From NCBI GenBank assembly GCA_965198185.1, contig CBDAOU010000001.1, positions 370,212 to 434,211 of the forward strand: a DNA stretch of 64,000 nt, in the 5' to 3' direction. This document shows positions 19,967 to 28,872 of this stretch, one piece after another. How positions within the stretch are numbered: the first letter of the stretch is position 1; each line of letters opens with the position of its first letter. The translations under genes and the position numbers were made by a program. This stretch comes from Chloroflexota bacterium. GTDB taxonomy: Bacteria > Chloroflexota > UBA11872. A model generated the notes under the pieces. It saw only the letters and a list, made by a program, of their open reading frames with translations. It made no database searches and was not told the DNA's origin.

Positions 19967-21235
19967 ATGTTCGGCGTCGGCCTCGAAGAATTCATCGCGA
20001 TCATCATGGTCGCGCTCATCGTTTTGGGCCCCGAACGGTTGCCCATCGCCATGCGCACGGTCGGTCGCTGGGTGCGGCAGCTGCGCGACATGTCACGGGA
20101 ATTCCGCCGTGAATTTGCCGAAGAGTTCGCCTTCATCCAGGAGGAGATGAGCGAGCTGCGCCGGGAGGCCGACGCCACCCGCAGCGAGCTGGCTGACATT
20201 CGCCGCGAGCTCGGCCAGACGGTCCAGGCCACCGCCGACGACGTGACGAGCCTCAAGGACGAGGTTGTTTCGGATATGCAGGGCGCGGTCGACGCGATCA
20301 GCGGTCGCGACGGGGCAACCGACGCGGCGGGCAAACCTTCGACCAACGGCGCGGCCAACGAGGCGGCCAACGGGGCGGCAGCGGCCGGCGCCAAGCGGGC
20401 TGACACTCCCCAACCCGCCTTCGCCGCGAATGCCGCGGACGCGATGGCTCTGGCCATCTCGGAGACGTTCTCCGCCAACGGGGTGACCGCGGCGGAGGAT
20501 GGCGCCATGGACCCGGCGGCGACACCGGAGCCTCTAGCCACGGACGAGCCGCCGGCGCGGCTGGAGGCGTTTGCGCCGGATGTCGGCGAGCCGGCCAGGC
20601 CGGCGGACCTCCACCCGGCGGCGCCCGTGCTGCCGCCACCGCCAGGAACCCCCGACGAGCCGCCGGCGCCGCCTGTCCCTGCCGAGCCGGTGGCCACACC
20701 GGATGCCGCGGCGTCCGTCGGCATCGGCCGCGTGCCCGAGCCTGGTATGCGAAATCAACTTGGCGGGTTCATGCGTCTGATCATCATGAAGGCGCTGGAG
20801 TCCGATTCCGCATTTCGCGAACAGGCGGAAGAGGCCCTGCGCGCGCAGGCGCGCGCCGACGCCGCCGCCGCCGCGGAAGGCGAGGAGCCGGACATCCTGG
20901 AGCTGGTGGCCGCGTGGGTGCGCCAGCGGCGCCAGCTGGTCGGCAACGAGAACATCACGGTGCGGCAGAAGGCGCCCGAGTCTGCGGTGGTCGAGCTGTT
21001 CGAGTGTCCCTACGGGCTCACGTCGGGCGACGCGCACCCGGTGTGCGACGTGAGCAACGTCTACGACTCGGCCTTCTTCGAGAAATTCAACATGACATCC
21101 ATGTACGCGACTCGCATGTCGGATGGCGACCCGCACTGCAAGCTGCTGGTGGTCACCAACGAGCGGCTCAAGGCGGTCGAGGAGGGCGAGGCCGAGGCGA
21201 CCGAAGCGACCGAAGCGGCGCCGCCGGCAAGCTGA
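19967..21235 (+). CDS. tatB: TatB-like protein with long Ala/Pro linker and C-terminal three-Cys domain
   Basis: N-terminus MFGVGLEEFIAIIMVALIVLGPERLP plus amphipathic helix. C-terminus ECPY...VCD...RMSDGDPHC. Confidence 0.72.
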   Translation: MFGVGLEEFIAIIMVALIVLGPERLPIAMRTVGRWVRQLRDMSREFRREFAEEFAFIQEEMSELRREADATRSELADIRRELGQTVQATADDVTSLKDEVVSDMQGAVDAISGRDGATDAAGKPSTNGAANEAANGAAAAGAKRADTPQPAFAANAADAMALAISETFSANGVTAAEDGAMDPAATPEPLATDEPPARLEAFAPDVGEPARPADLHPAAPVLPPPPGTPDEPPAPPVPAEPVATPDAAASVGIGRVPEPGMRNQLGGFMRLIIMKALESDSAFREQAEEALRAQARADAAAAAEGEEPDILELVAAWVRQRRQLVGNENITVRQKAPESAVVELFECPYGLTSGDAHPVCDVSNVYDSAFFEKFNMTSMYATRMSDGDPHCKLLVVTNERLKAVEEGEAEATEATEAAPPAS

Positions 21236-21271
21236 GCCGGGGGCGCGACGACCGCGCGGCTGGAGCGGACT

Positions 21272-21490
21272 CCCAGGCTGCCCGCAGCCTGGGCCACCGG
21301 GCGGGCTCAGGAAACGCCCCTTCGACAAGCTCAGGGCGAACGGATGGGGGTAAAGCCCACGGCCTTTTTCAGACCTTTCCTAGACTCCTCGCTGCGCTCG
21401 GAGTGACAGGTTGGGCGCCTCAGCGGGCGCGAAGAGGGATGGATTCCCAGGCTGCCCGCAGCCTGGGCCACCGGACAGTCAGCCTGGGCC
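21272..21490. repeat. Cluster of palindromic repeats CCCAGGCTGC-cc-GCAGCCTGGG-CCACCGG
   Basis: Full copies at 21272-21300 and 21446-21474 (perfect 10-bp stems); partial copy near 21480-21490. Confidence 0.85.
21318..21383. mobile_element. MITE family 1, copy A (right half only)
   Basis: CCCTTCGACAAGCTCAGGGCGAACGG core, then TTTTTCAGACCTTTC-CTAG end, as in copy E. Confidence 0.75.
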
Positions 21491-21537
21491 ACCCCGCGGT
21501 CCGCGGGACCCGCCCCAAACGGCGGTCGGGGCGGGAC

Positions 21538-23394
21538 CTAGTCGGACTCGCGCTCCTCGGTCGGCGCCCCGTTGCCTGAGGCGGGCCCGTTCCGGCCGTT
21601 CGCCCCATTGGAGGCGTCGTCGTCGCCGAAGACGTAGGGCTCCGGCGGAGCAATGCCGGCCGTCACCAGCACAGGCGGCTCGGGCAACGCCTTGGGCTCG
21701 TTGCCAGCGGCGATCATCTCGTCGTAGCGCGTGACCAAGTCCTCGACATCCTGGCCGTCAACCTCATCCTGATCGATGAGCAGCTGCGCCAGGTCGTGCA
21801 TGGCGCCGGAATACTGCGTGAGCAGGGCCTTCACCTTGCGGTACTCCTGGTCCAGGATCTGATCGATCTTGCGCTTCATGTCGGGCGCGGTGGCGGACAC
21901 GGCTGGGCCGAACGGCAGGGTCGAGTAGAAGCTCCCGTCCATGCCCCACACGCTCAGCATGTGAAATACCGTATGCGTGGCGTGCGCGAAATCGGACGTC
22001 ACGCCTACGGTCGGAGAGCCAAGGAACAACTCCTCCGCCGCACGGCTGGCCAGCGAAACCTGGATGCTGGCCAGCAGCTCCTCACGCACCAACACGCGCT
22101 TTTCCTCGACCGGCTTGTAGGCCGCCAGGCCAAGGGCGCTGCCGTGCCGGATGATGGTGACCTTGGTAAGCCGTTCCCAGTGCTTCAGCTTGACCTGGGC
22201 GACGGCGTGCCCGGCCTCGTGGTAGGCGAGGCGGCGGCGGTCTTCCTGCGTGAGGCCCCGGATCGGCTCGCGCAGGCCCCACTCATGGTTCTCACGCGCG
22301 CGTGAGAAGTCCGCGTAGGAAATGGCGTCGCGGCCGTCGAAGTGGGCGTGAACCACCGCCTCGTTGAGGACGTATTTGATCTCCACCGGGGTGTAGTCGA
22401 TGGTGTCGTTGCCCATGCGGTCGATGGGCATCCCTTCGTGCCGCACCTTGGCCAGGTAGTACTCGATGATGTCCTTGCGGCCTTCGAAGTCCGGCTTGTC
22501 GACGTGGATCTTGCGGTCGAACCGACCAGGCCGCAGCAGCGCCTGGTCAAGGACGGAGGCGATATTCGTTGCGCCAACGGTGAGCACCGGCGGCGGAATG
22601 GCGCGTCCCTTCCTGAGGCCGAGCGCCCGCAGAATCCGCGCGAACATGCCGTTGTCGAAGTTGGGCGGGTCCATCTGCATCAGCAGCTCGTTGAGCAGCC
22701 CTGCCCCGCCGCCGCCCATCATGCCGCCCATCATGCCCATGCCCCCGCCCCCGCCCATTTGGCCGGTGCGGGAGCTGCCGATGGCGTCGATCTCGTCGAT
22801 GAAGACGATGCAGCCGCCATGGCGCCGGGCCAGCTTGCGCGCTTTGCCGTAGAGCATGCGGACTTTCATCGGAGCAATGCCGATGAACATGGCCTGCAGG
22901 CTCGGGGCCGAGAGATAGCCGAACGGCAACCCGGCCTCGCTGGCCATCGCCTGCGCCAGATAGCTCTTGCCGGTACCCGGAGGGCCTTCGAGCAGCAACC
23001 CGCGGACGGTCTCACCACCCATGCGCTTGAACTCGCGCACGCCCCGCAGCAACGTAACGGTCCGCCGCGCGACCTCCAGGATTTGATCGTTGCCGCGGTA
23101 GTCCGAGAAGTACACGCCGGTCTCGCCCGGCTGCAACCAATACGTCCGACCCCGCCCGAGGATGTAGAACAGGGCGCCAAACTGGACGATCAGGAACATC
23201 ATCCCGAAGAGCAACTGCGCGATGAACTGCAGAATGCCGACCGTGATTTCCGTGGCCTGCGTTAGCCCCAGCAGCAACGCACCGGTGATGGCCAGATAGA
23301 GAGTGATCGCGCGCCAGTTCTCGCGGACGAACGTCAGCGGGCTTCGCCCGGCGTTGGCGCGCCGCCGAATGTCCGAGTCCATGTTTATGCCCAT
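21538..23394 (-). CDS. FtsH-like AAA+ zinc metalloprotease paralog (M41)
   Basis: N-terminal TM segments, GPPGTGKS, IVFIDEID, RPGRFDRKI, HEAGH, RAAEE; Gly/Met-rich insert after Walker B. Confidence 0.88.
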   Translation of the reverse strand: MGINMDSDIRRRANAGRSPLTFVRENWRAITLYLAITGALLLGLTQATEITVGILQFIAQLLFGMMFLIVQFGALFYILGRGRTYWLQPGETGVYFSDYRGNDQILEVARRTVTLLRGVREFKRMGGETVRGLLLEGPPGTGKSYLAQAMASEAGLPFGYLSAPSLQAMFIGIAPMKVRMLYGKARKLARRHGGCIVFIDEIDAIGSSRTGQMGGGGGMGMMGGMMGGGGAGLLNELLMQMDPPNFDNGMFARILRALGLRKGRAIPPPVLTVGATNIASVLDQALLRPGRFDRKIHVDKPDFEGRKDIIEYYLAKVRHEGMPIDRMGNDTIDYTPVEIKYVLNEAVVHAHFDGRDAISYADFSRARENHEWGLREPIRGLTQEDRRRLAYHEAGHAVAQVKLKHWERLTKVTIIRHGSALGLAAYKPVEEKRVLVREELLASIQVSLASRAAEELFLGSPTVGVTSDFAHATHTVFHMLSVWGMDGSFYSTLPFGPAVSATAPDMKRKIDQILDQEYRKVKALLTQYSGAMHDLAQLLIDQDEVDGQDVEDLVTRYDEMIAAGNEPKALPEPPVLVTAGIAPPEPYVFGDDDASNGANGRNGPASGNGAPTEERESD

Positions 23395-23542
23395 GACGGC
23401 GTCTCCCCCCGAGCGTGGCCTATGGCGCGTCGCTCGCAGCGCGCACCATAGCCGCCTGGCGATGAACTAGAAGTATACCCTTGGGGGACGCGCCGAAAGT
23501 GAAGATACGCACCAAGCGGTAACACTCATGGTCGAAGAGCTT

Positions 23543-25892
23543 CTAGCGGGCGGGGCCGTCGTGCCAGCGGCGGCTGAACAGGGCCAGCCGCGCTTGGGCC
23601 ATTCCAAAGACCGTGTCTGGGTGATAGCGCCCACCGGCGCCGGCGGGCACGCCCGTCAGGAGCTCGATGCCGCCGCTGATCGTGTCGGCGGTGTAGACGT
23701 GGAAGCGGCTGGACTCAATCGCCTTGGCCACGTCCCAGCGCAGGGTGAGGTGCCTGGCGTTCGCGGCCGGCAGCAGCACGCCCTGCGCGCCGGTGAGCCC
23801 GCGCTGGCGGCACAGATCGAAGAATCCCTCGACCTTCTGCGTGACGCCGCCGACGGCCTGGACCTGGCCGTATTGGTTCACCGAGCCCGTCACTGCCACG
23901 TCCTGCCGCAGCGGCAGACCGCTGAGGCTTGAGAGCAGCGCGTAAAGCTCGGCGGAGGATGCGCTGTCGCCCTCGATTCCGCCGTAGGACTGCTCGAATA
24001 CCAGGGTGGCGCTCAAGCTGAGCGGGCCCTCCACTCCAAAGGCGCCGCTCACGAACCCTGCCAGGATCATGGCGCCCTTGTCGTGAATTGGGCCGGTGAG
24101 CTTGGCTTCGCGATCGATGCTGAACACGCCGTCGCGGCCGGGGTAGGTCCGCGCCGATATCCGGTGCACCTGACCAAATTCGTAGCCTCCCAGGTTCACC
24201 ACGGATAGCCCGTTCACTTGCCCGATCGCCGTGCCTTCGATTTCCACCATCACGGTGCCGTCGGCGATCCGGTCGCGAATCTTCTCCTCGGTGAGGATTG
24301 CTGCGGCGGATGCGCTCGTCGATCGAGGACCAGACGTGCTCCTCGCTGACCAGGTCGGCGCCTGCCCGGCGCGCCCAGTGCCCGGCTTCGGTGATGATGT
24401 CGCTGAGGTCGCCGAACCGGGTCGACAGGCGGCGACGGTCCTGAGCCAGGCGCACGCCCTCTTCAACGACGCGTGCGACGGCCGTGCGGTCGAAGTGCGG
24501 CAAGCCCTCGTCGTGGCAGCGGGCGGCGATGAATTGGGCATAGCGGTTCATGTTGGCGTCGTTGCGCTCGATCTCGGTGTCGAACTCGGCGCGGACCTTG
24601 AACAGATCGCCGAAGTCGGGATCGGCGTCGTGGAGCAAGTAGTAGACCCATGGGGCGCCGACCAGCGCGACCTTGATGTCAAGCGGAATGGGTTCGGGAT
24701 CGAGACGCGCCGGAGACGCCAATCCCAGTTCTTCCGCCACGGTCTCTAGTCGGATGACCTGATCGCGCAGCGCCCGCTTGAGCCCGTCATAGGCCGCTGC
24801 GTTGGGCAGCACGTCCTCCGCTTGCACCACCAAGAACCCGCCGTTCGCCGCGTGGAGCGCGCCGGGTTTGATCATGGTGAAATCCGTCGTGACCACGCCC
24901 ATGGTTTGCCGCTGCTCGATCTGGCCGAAGAGGTTGGGATAGGTCGGATGCCCTTCCCGGACCAGCGGCGCGCCACAATCCGCTGCGTGGGTCACGAGCA
25001 CGTTCACCTGATAGGGCAGGAGGGGGTCGGCCCGGTATCGCGCCGCGGGGTCCGGCGCCGAGCCGTCGTCGTCGCTCCCGCGAAAGACCTCGAAGTTCTC
25101 GGTGGCGTGCTGTTCGACGGCCAGCAAGTGCGCTGTAACGTCCTCGTGGTTTCGGTAGGCCTCCCGCAAGTCTTCGAGCAGCGGCTGGACGACACTGCGC
25201 GCGACGTCGACGTTGAGCGTGTGCAGCTGGTCACGGGCTTGGCGCTGCCCCCGGCGCAGCGCCCGCATCGTGTCCGCCAGGGCATCGTCCAGCACGCTGC
25301 GCGCCTGCTCGATGGCGCTGCGCTCGGATTCCGGCAACTGCCGCAGCGCGTCCGGCGCGAGCGGCTGGCCGTCGCGAACCGCGGCCACGCTGAGACCTAC
25401 CGGCGTCTGGACAAGCGCATGTCCAGACGCGCGGGCTTGACGGTCAAGAGCCTGCAGCGCCGCCTGCCGCTGGCTCTGTTCCCGCTGGCCAATGTCGCGC
25501 CGCTGCGCCTCGTACTCGTCGGTGGCGAAGGCCCGCGCCATCTCGCTTTCGAGCGCCGCCACCAGATCGGCTATGTGCCGACGAAACTCGGGCGCCGCGC
25601 CGGGCGGCAGGCGCAGCGCTCGGGGGCGGTGCGGCTCGTCGAAGTTGTGGACGTAGCACCAATCCGGCGGGGTGGGACGGCTGTCCGCCACGGCGCGGAG
25701 TCGCTCGAAAATCATTGACGTGCGGCCGGTGCCCGGAAGGCCCATCGCAAAGATGTTGAAGCCGGGACTCCGGATGTCGACGCCGAACTCCAGCGATCGC
25801 TCGGCACGCTCCTGGCCGATCAGCGCGTCCGGCCGCTCAAGCTCAGCCGTGGACACAAAGCTCAAGGTGTCCGGGTTGCAGGTCCAGCGCAC
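23543..25892 (-). pseudogene. Lon-like (S16) ATP-dependent protease split by a 1-nt frameshift
   Basis: GLPGTGRT, PGALHAANGGFL in ORF 23715-25892; GQVNGL, GDSASSAEL (Ser), GGVTQKVEGF (Lys) in ORF 23543-24541. Removing one G at 24295/24296 restores RRSNLTEEKIRDRI. May be a sequencing error. Confidence 0.82.
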
Positions 25893-26069
25893 CGCGTCGG
25901 CGGAAAGCTCGGTTACGCCCGAGGGCCGGGAGGGCCTGTCGCGATGAACGGGGTCGGTGTGCAGCGGGGCGCCCTCGGAGTGGAACGCGGCGAAGTCTAG
26001 CAGTGGCCCCGGCGCCGGCCGCCTACACTGGCGTGCGTGCGCCGCAGCGCCGGAGAAACCGAGGAAGCC

Positions 26070-27023
26070 TTGAACGTTGTCATCGATTATCCGCTAGGCA
26101 CCAACGCCGACTGGGACCCTCTGCGTGCCGAGTTTCCGGATGACGAATTTGCCTGGTCCGCCACGATTGATGCGTCGTTCCCCGCTTTGAGCGACGCCGA
26201 AGTGATCGCTTCCGGACGGCCGCTCGGCCCCGGCGTGCTCGACGCGGCGCCAAACGTGCGCTGGGTCCAGGTCTTTTCTGCCGGCGTCGAGGAGTATCTG
26301 AAGTCTCCGGGCCTCAAAGGGCGCGACTTGGTGTTGACCAATGTCAAGGTTGTATTGGGCAGCCACGTGGCCGAAACCGGCATCGCCTTGCTCACCGGAC
26401 TCTCGCGCGGCATCGCGCCAGCGGTTCTGGCGCAGCGGGAGCGGCGCTGGGATCCGTCGATCGAGGTGGATGAACTCACGGGCAAGCGGGCGCTCGTCGT
26501 CGGGGCCGGCGGCATCGGCCGTGCGCTCGCCCGCAGGCTGGACGGCCTCGAGGTCGAGGTGCGCGCCGTGGACATCTATCCGCAGGAGCCGGACGCCTAC
26601 ATCCGCGAGGTGCGGCTGGTGAGCGAGATGGCCGACATGCTGCCCGACACCGACATTCTGGCGATCTGCTGCCCCAGCACGGCCGCGACGCAGCGACTGA
26701 TTGACCGGCAGGTGTTCGACCTGCTGCCGGATGGCAGCTATCTGATCAACATCTCGCGCGGCGCGGTGGTGGACACGCCCGCGCTCGTCGAGACACTGCG
26801 CGGCGGCAAGCTGCGCGGCGTCGGGCTCGACGTGCTGGACGAAGAACCACCGCCAGCCGATCACCCGATTTGGACATTCCCCAACGTGATGATCACACCG
26901 CACAACGGCGGCGCGTCGCCGTTGCGCGTGGTCCGGATACGCGAGTTCTTCGCGGACAACCTGCGCCGCTATAAGGCGGGCGAGCCGCTCGAGAACGTGG
27001 TGGATGTCGAGGCCGGATTCTGA
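26070..27023 (+). CDS. D-2-hydroxyacid dehydrogenase
   Basis: VVGAGGIG, INISRGAVVD, GLDVLDEEP, TPHNGG. TTG 26070 follows GAGGA. Confidence 0.88.
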   Translation: MNVVIDYPLGTNADWDPLRAEFPDDEFAWSATIDASFPALSDAEVIASGRPLGPGVLDAAPNVRWVQVFSAGVEEYLKSPGLKGRDLVLTNVKVVLGSHVAETGIALLTGLSRGIAPAVLAQRERRWDPSIEVDELTGKRALVVGAGGIGRALARRLDGLEVEVRAVDIYPQEPDAYIREVRLVSEMADMLPDTDILAICCPSTAATQRLIDRQVFDLLPDGSYLINISRGAVVDTPALVETLRGGKLRGVGLDVLDEEPPPADHPIWTFPNVMITPHNGGASPLRVVRIREFFADNLRRYKAGEPLENVVDVEAGF

Positions 27024-27038
27024 CGAGCGGGTCGGCGT

Positions 27039-27167
27039 CTAGGGAAGCTCTCAAGAATCAGGGAGGCCTTTGCCTCCATGGGTCCCAATCCGTTCGGTAG
27101 CCCCTTCGACAAGCTCAGGGCGAACGGATTGGGACAGTGTCCATCGACGTATTCGGACTATCCCTAG
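27039..27167. mobile_element. MITE family 1, copy B, flanked by CTAG on both sides
   Basis: CTAG-GGAAGCTCTCAAGAAT...CCCAATCCGTTCG/CGAACGGATTGGG stem...ATTCGGACTATCC-CTAG. The right CTAG carries the SDR stop codon. Confidence 0.8.
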
Positions 27168-27946
27168 ATGACGTCGCCTGTGCCGCCATCGATGGCGACT
27201 GCGGTGCCCGTGATGTAGGCCGCGCGCGGCGAGACGAGAAACGCCACCAGATCGGCGACTTCCTCGGCGCGGCCGATCCGCCCAAGCGGAATATCGGCGC
27301 CCATCGTGGCGTAGTAGTCATCGAGCGAGACGCCCGGCGATCCACGGCGCCAGCGGCGCTCCCACTGCATGCTCCGAATCGATCCCAGCATGACGGTGTT
27401 GACGCGAATGCGATCGGGGGCGAGGTCCTTGGACAGCGCCTTGGTGAGCCCGATGCCGGCGGCGCGGCTTACCGAGGTCGGCACGGACGCGGCGCCCGGC
27501 TGCTTGCCGCCCACGGTGGTGATATTGACGATGGCGCCGCCACCGGCGGCGCGGAGATGGGGGATGGCCGCGCGCGTGCAGCGGATGGCGCCGTAGACCT
27601 TGAGTTGCAGATCGGCCTCCCAGGCCGCGTCGTCAACGTCGTCGAACGGCGACGCGCTCGAGGTGCCGGCGTTGTTGACGAGGATGTCCAAGCGGCCAAG
27701 CCGCTGTGCCGCGGTTTCCACGAAGTCGCGCGTTTGCTGGGCGTCAGTTACGTCCAGCGGGAGCGACTCGACACGGCGTCCGGTGGCGCTGCGAATCTCA
27801 GTGGCGGCCAGCTGGAGCGGTTCCGGGCGTCGCGCGCCGATGGCCACGTCGCAGCCCTCGGCCGCCAGGGTCGCCGCAATGGCCCGCCCGATGCCTTCGC
27901 TGCCGCCGGTGACGGCGGCGGCGAGCCCCGTCAGCTGCAGGTTCAT
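27164..27946 (-). CDS. SDR family oxidoreductase, atypical (BKR-like, no YxxxK)
   Basis: TGGSEGIG, LVNNAG, DRIRVNTV, YITGTAVAIDGG; TSVSR in place of YxxxK. Confidence 0.88.
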   Translation of the reverse strand: MNLQLTGLAAAVTGGSEGIGRAIAATLAAEGCDVAIGARRPEPLQLAATEIRSATGRRVESLPLDVTDAQQTRDFVETAAQRLGRLDILVNNAGTSSASPFDDVDDAAWEADLQLKVYGAIRCTRAAIPHLRAAGGGAIVNITTVGGKQPGAASVPTSVSRAAGIGLTKALSKDLAPDRIRVNTVMLGSIRSMQWERRWRRGSPGVSLDDYYATMGADIPLGRIGRAEEVADLVAFLVSPRAAYITGTAVAIDGGTGDVI

Positions 27947-27954
27947 GCCGGTCG

Positions 27955-28197
27955 CTAGGCGTCGCCGACGACCACGTCGGCCGTGGCGTCACGCTCCGCG
28001 AGCAGGATCTCTCGCCCCTTGCGCACGATTTCCTCGCGCTGGCGCTGCTGCCAGCTCATGCCGGTCTTCGACAGGAACCACAGCCGCCGGGGGTAGCGCG
28101 GCACGCCGATCCAGACAACCTCCATCCACGGCGGCAGACGCGCCGGCGGGGCGACATCGTCCCAGTGCACCGGCGTCTCGTTGATGGTCAGCGCCAC
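27955..28197 (-). CDS. Small hypothetical protein (80 aa)
   Basis: GTG preceded by AAGGAG; MALTINETPVHWDD...; stop 8 nt before the SDR start. Confidence 0.55.
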   Translation of the reverse strand: MALTINETPVHWDDVAPPARLPPWMEVVWIGVPRYPRRLWFLSKTGMSWQQRQREEIVRKGREILLAERDATADVVVGDA

Positions 28198-28240
28198 GTT
28201 GTTCTCCTTGCTTCTGCGGCGGGGACGGACATGCGAATCC

Positions 28241-28579
28241 TCACAGGTTGAGCCTCCGCCGTAGGTTATCGACGAGTGTGCGGTGCGCCTCGGGCCGCCG
28301 CCGGCGTTCCTTGAGCTTTCGCGCCACCGCGCGGTCGCTGTAATAGCGCACGGCGACGTAGCCGGCAACTCCAATGAGCGCCATCACCGCGACGACGCCG
28401 ATGACGTTGGAGAGTTCCTCGCGAAAGAAGATGAAGCCGTGGAGGTACCGCATGCCGATGAGGATGAGATACACGGTGACGGTGATCGAGATGGTGTAGG
28501 CCAGCCGCCGCCGCAGGCCGCCGTAGATCAGCAGCGGCACGGTGGTGATGATGGCGATGATCAAGAGCGTGCGAAACAC
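28241..28579 (-). CDS. Hypothetical membrane protein (112 aa, about 3 TM)
   Basis: Three hydrophobic stretches and a basic C-terminus; fills the gap upstream of the 80-aa ORF. Confidence 0.6.
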   Translation of the reverse strand: MFRTLLIIAIITTVPLLIYGGLRRRLAYTISITVTVYLILIGMRYLHGFIFFREELSNVIGVVAVMALIGVAGYVAVRYYSDRAVARKLKERRRRPEAHRTLVDNLRRRLNL

Positions 28580-28665
28580 AGGCTGGACCGGGGCTTACGC
28601 CGCTGGCGATGCTACTACAGGGTTGTGATGGCGACGCGTGGGCGCCCGTCCCACGGTGGCTGCGG

Positions 28666-28872
28666 TACGATATCGGTCACGTGGCGGGCATCGTGCGCCT
28701 TTTCGCCACGCAGCCGCAAGGCTGCCCGACGAGTGCGCCGTGACGGCGGCGGGCACTGATTGGGCTTTCACCGTGACACCGATACGTCAGCAGGAGGGAT
28801 CGCTGTATATGCATCGCCCCATGCTCCTGCTAGGCCCGTGCCCGCGCACTAGCTGACCCTCCTCCAAACGTC
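28666..28872 (+). promoter_or_regulatory. Candidate structured 5' leader of gltB
   Basis: TACGAT (-10-like) at 28666, three hairpins at 28680-28757, AGGAGGG at 28792-28798 with its complement at 28857-28863. Confidence 0.4.

Noticed and set aside
27164-27946. SDR lacking the catalytic YxxxK
   Set aside because: A known atypical BKR-like SDR subfamily, not a novelty.
28774-28789. TGAC-N8-GTCA palindrome as a nitrogen regulator site
   Set aside because: It does not match TnrA/GlnR (TGTNA-N7-TNACA) or NtcA (GTA-N8-TAC), and 4-bp arms arise easily by chance.
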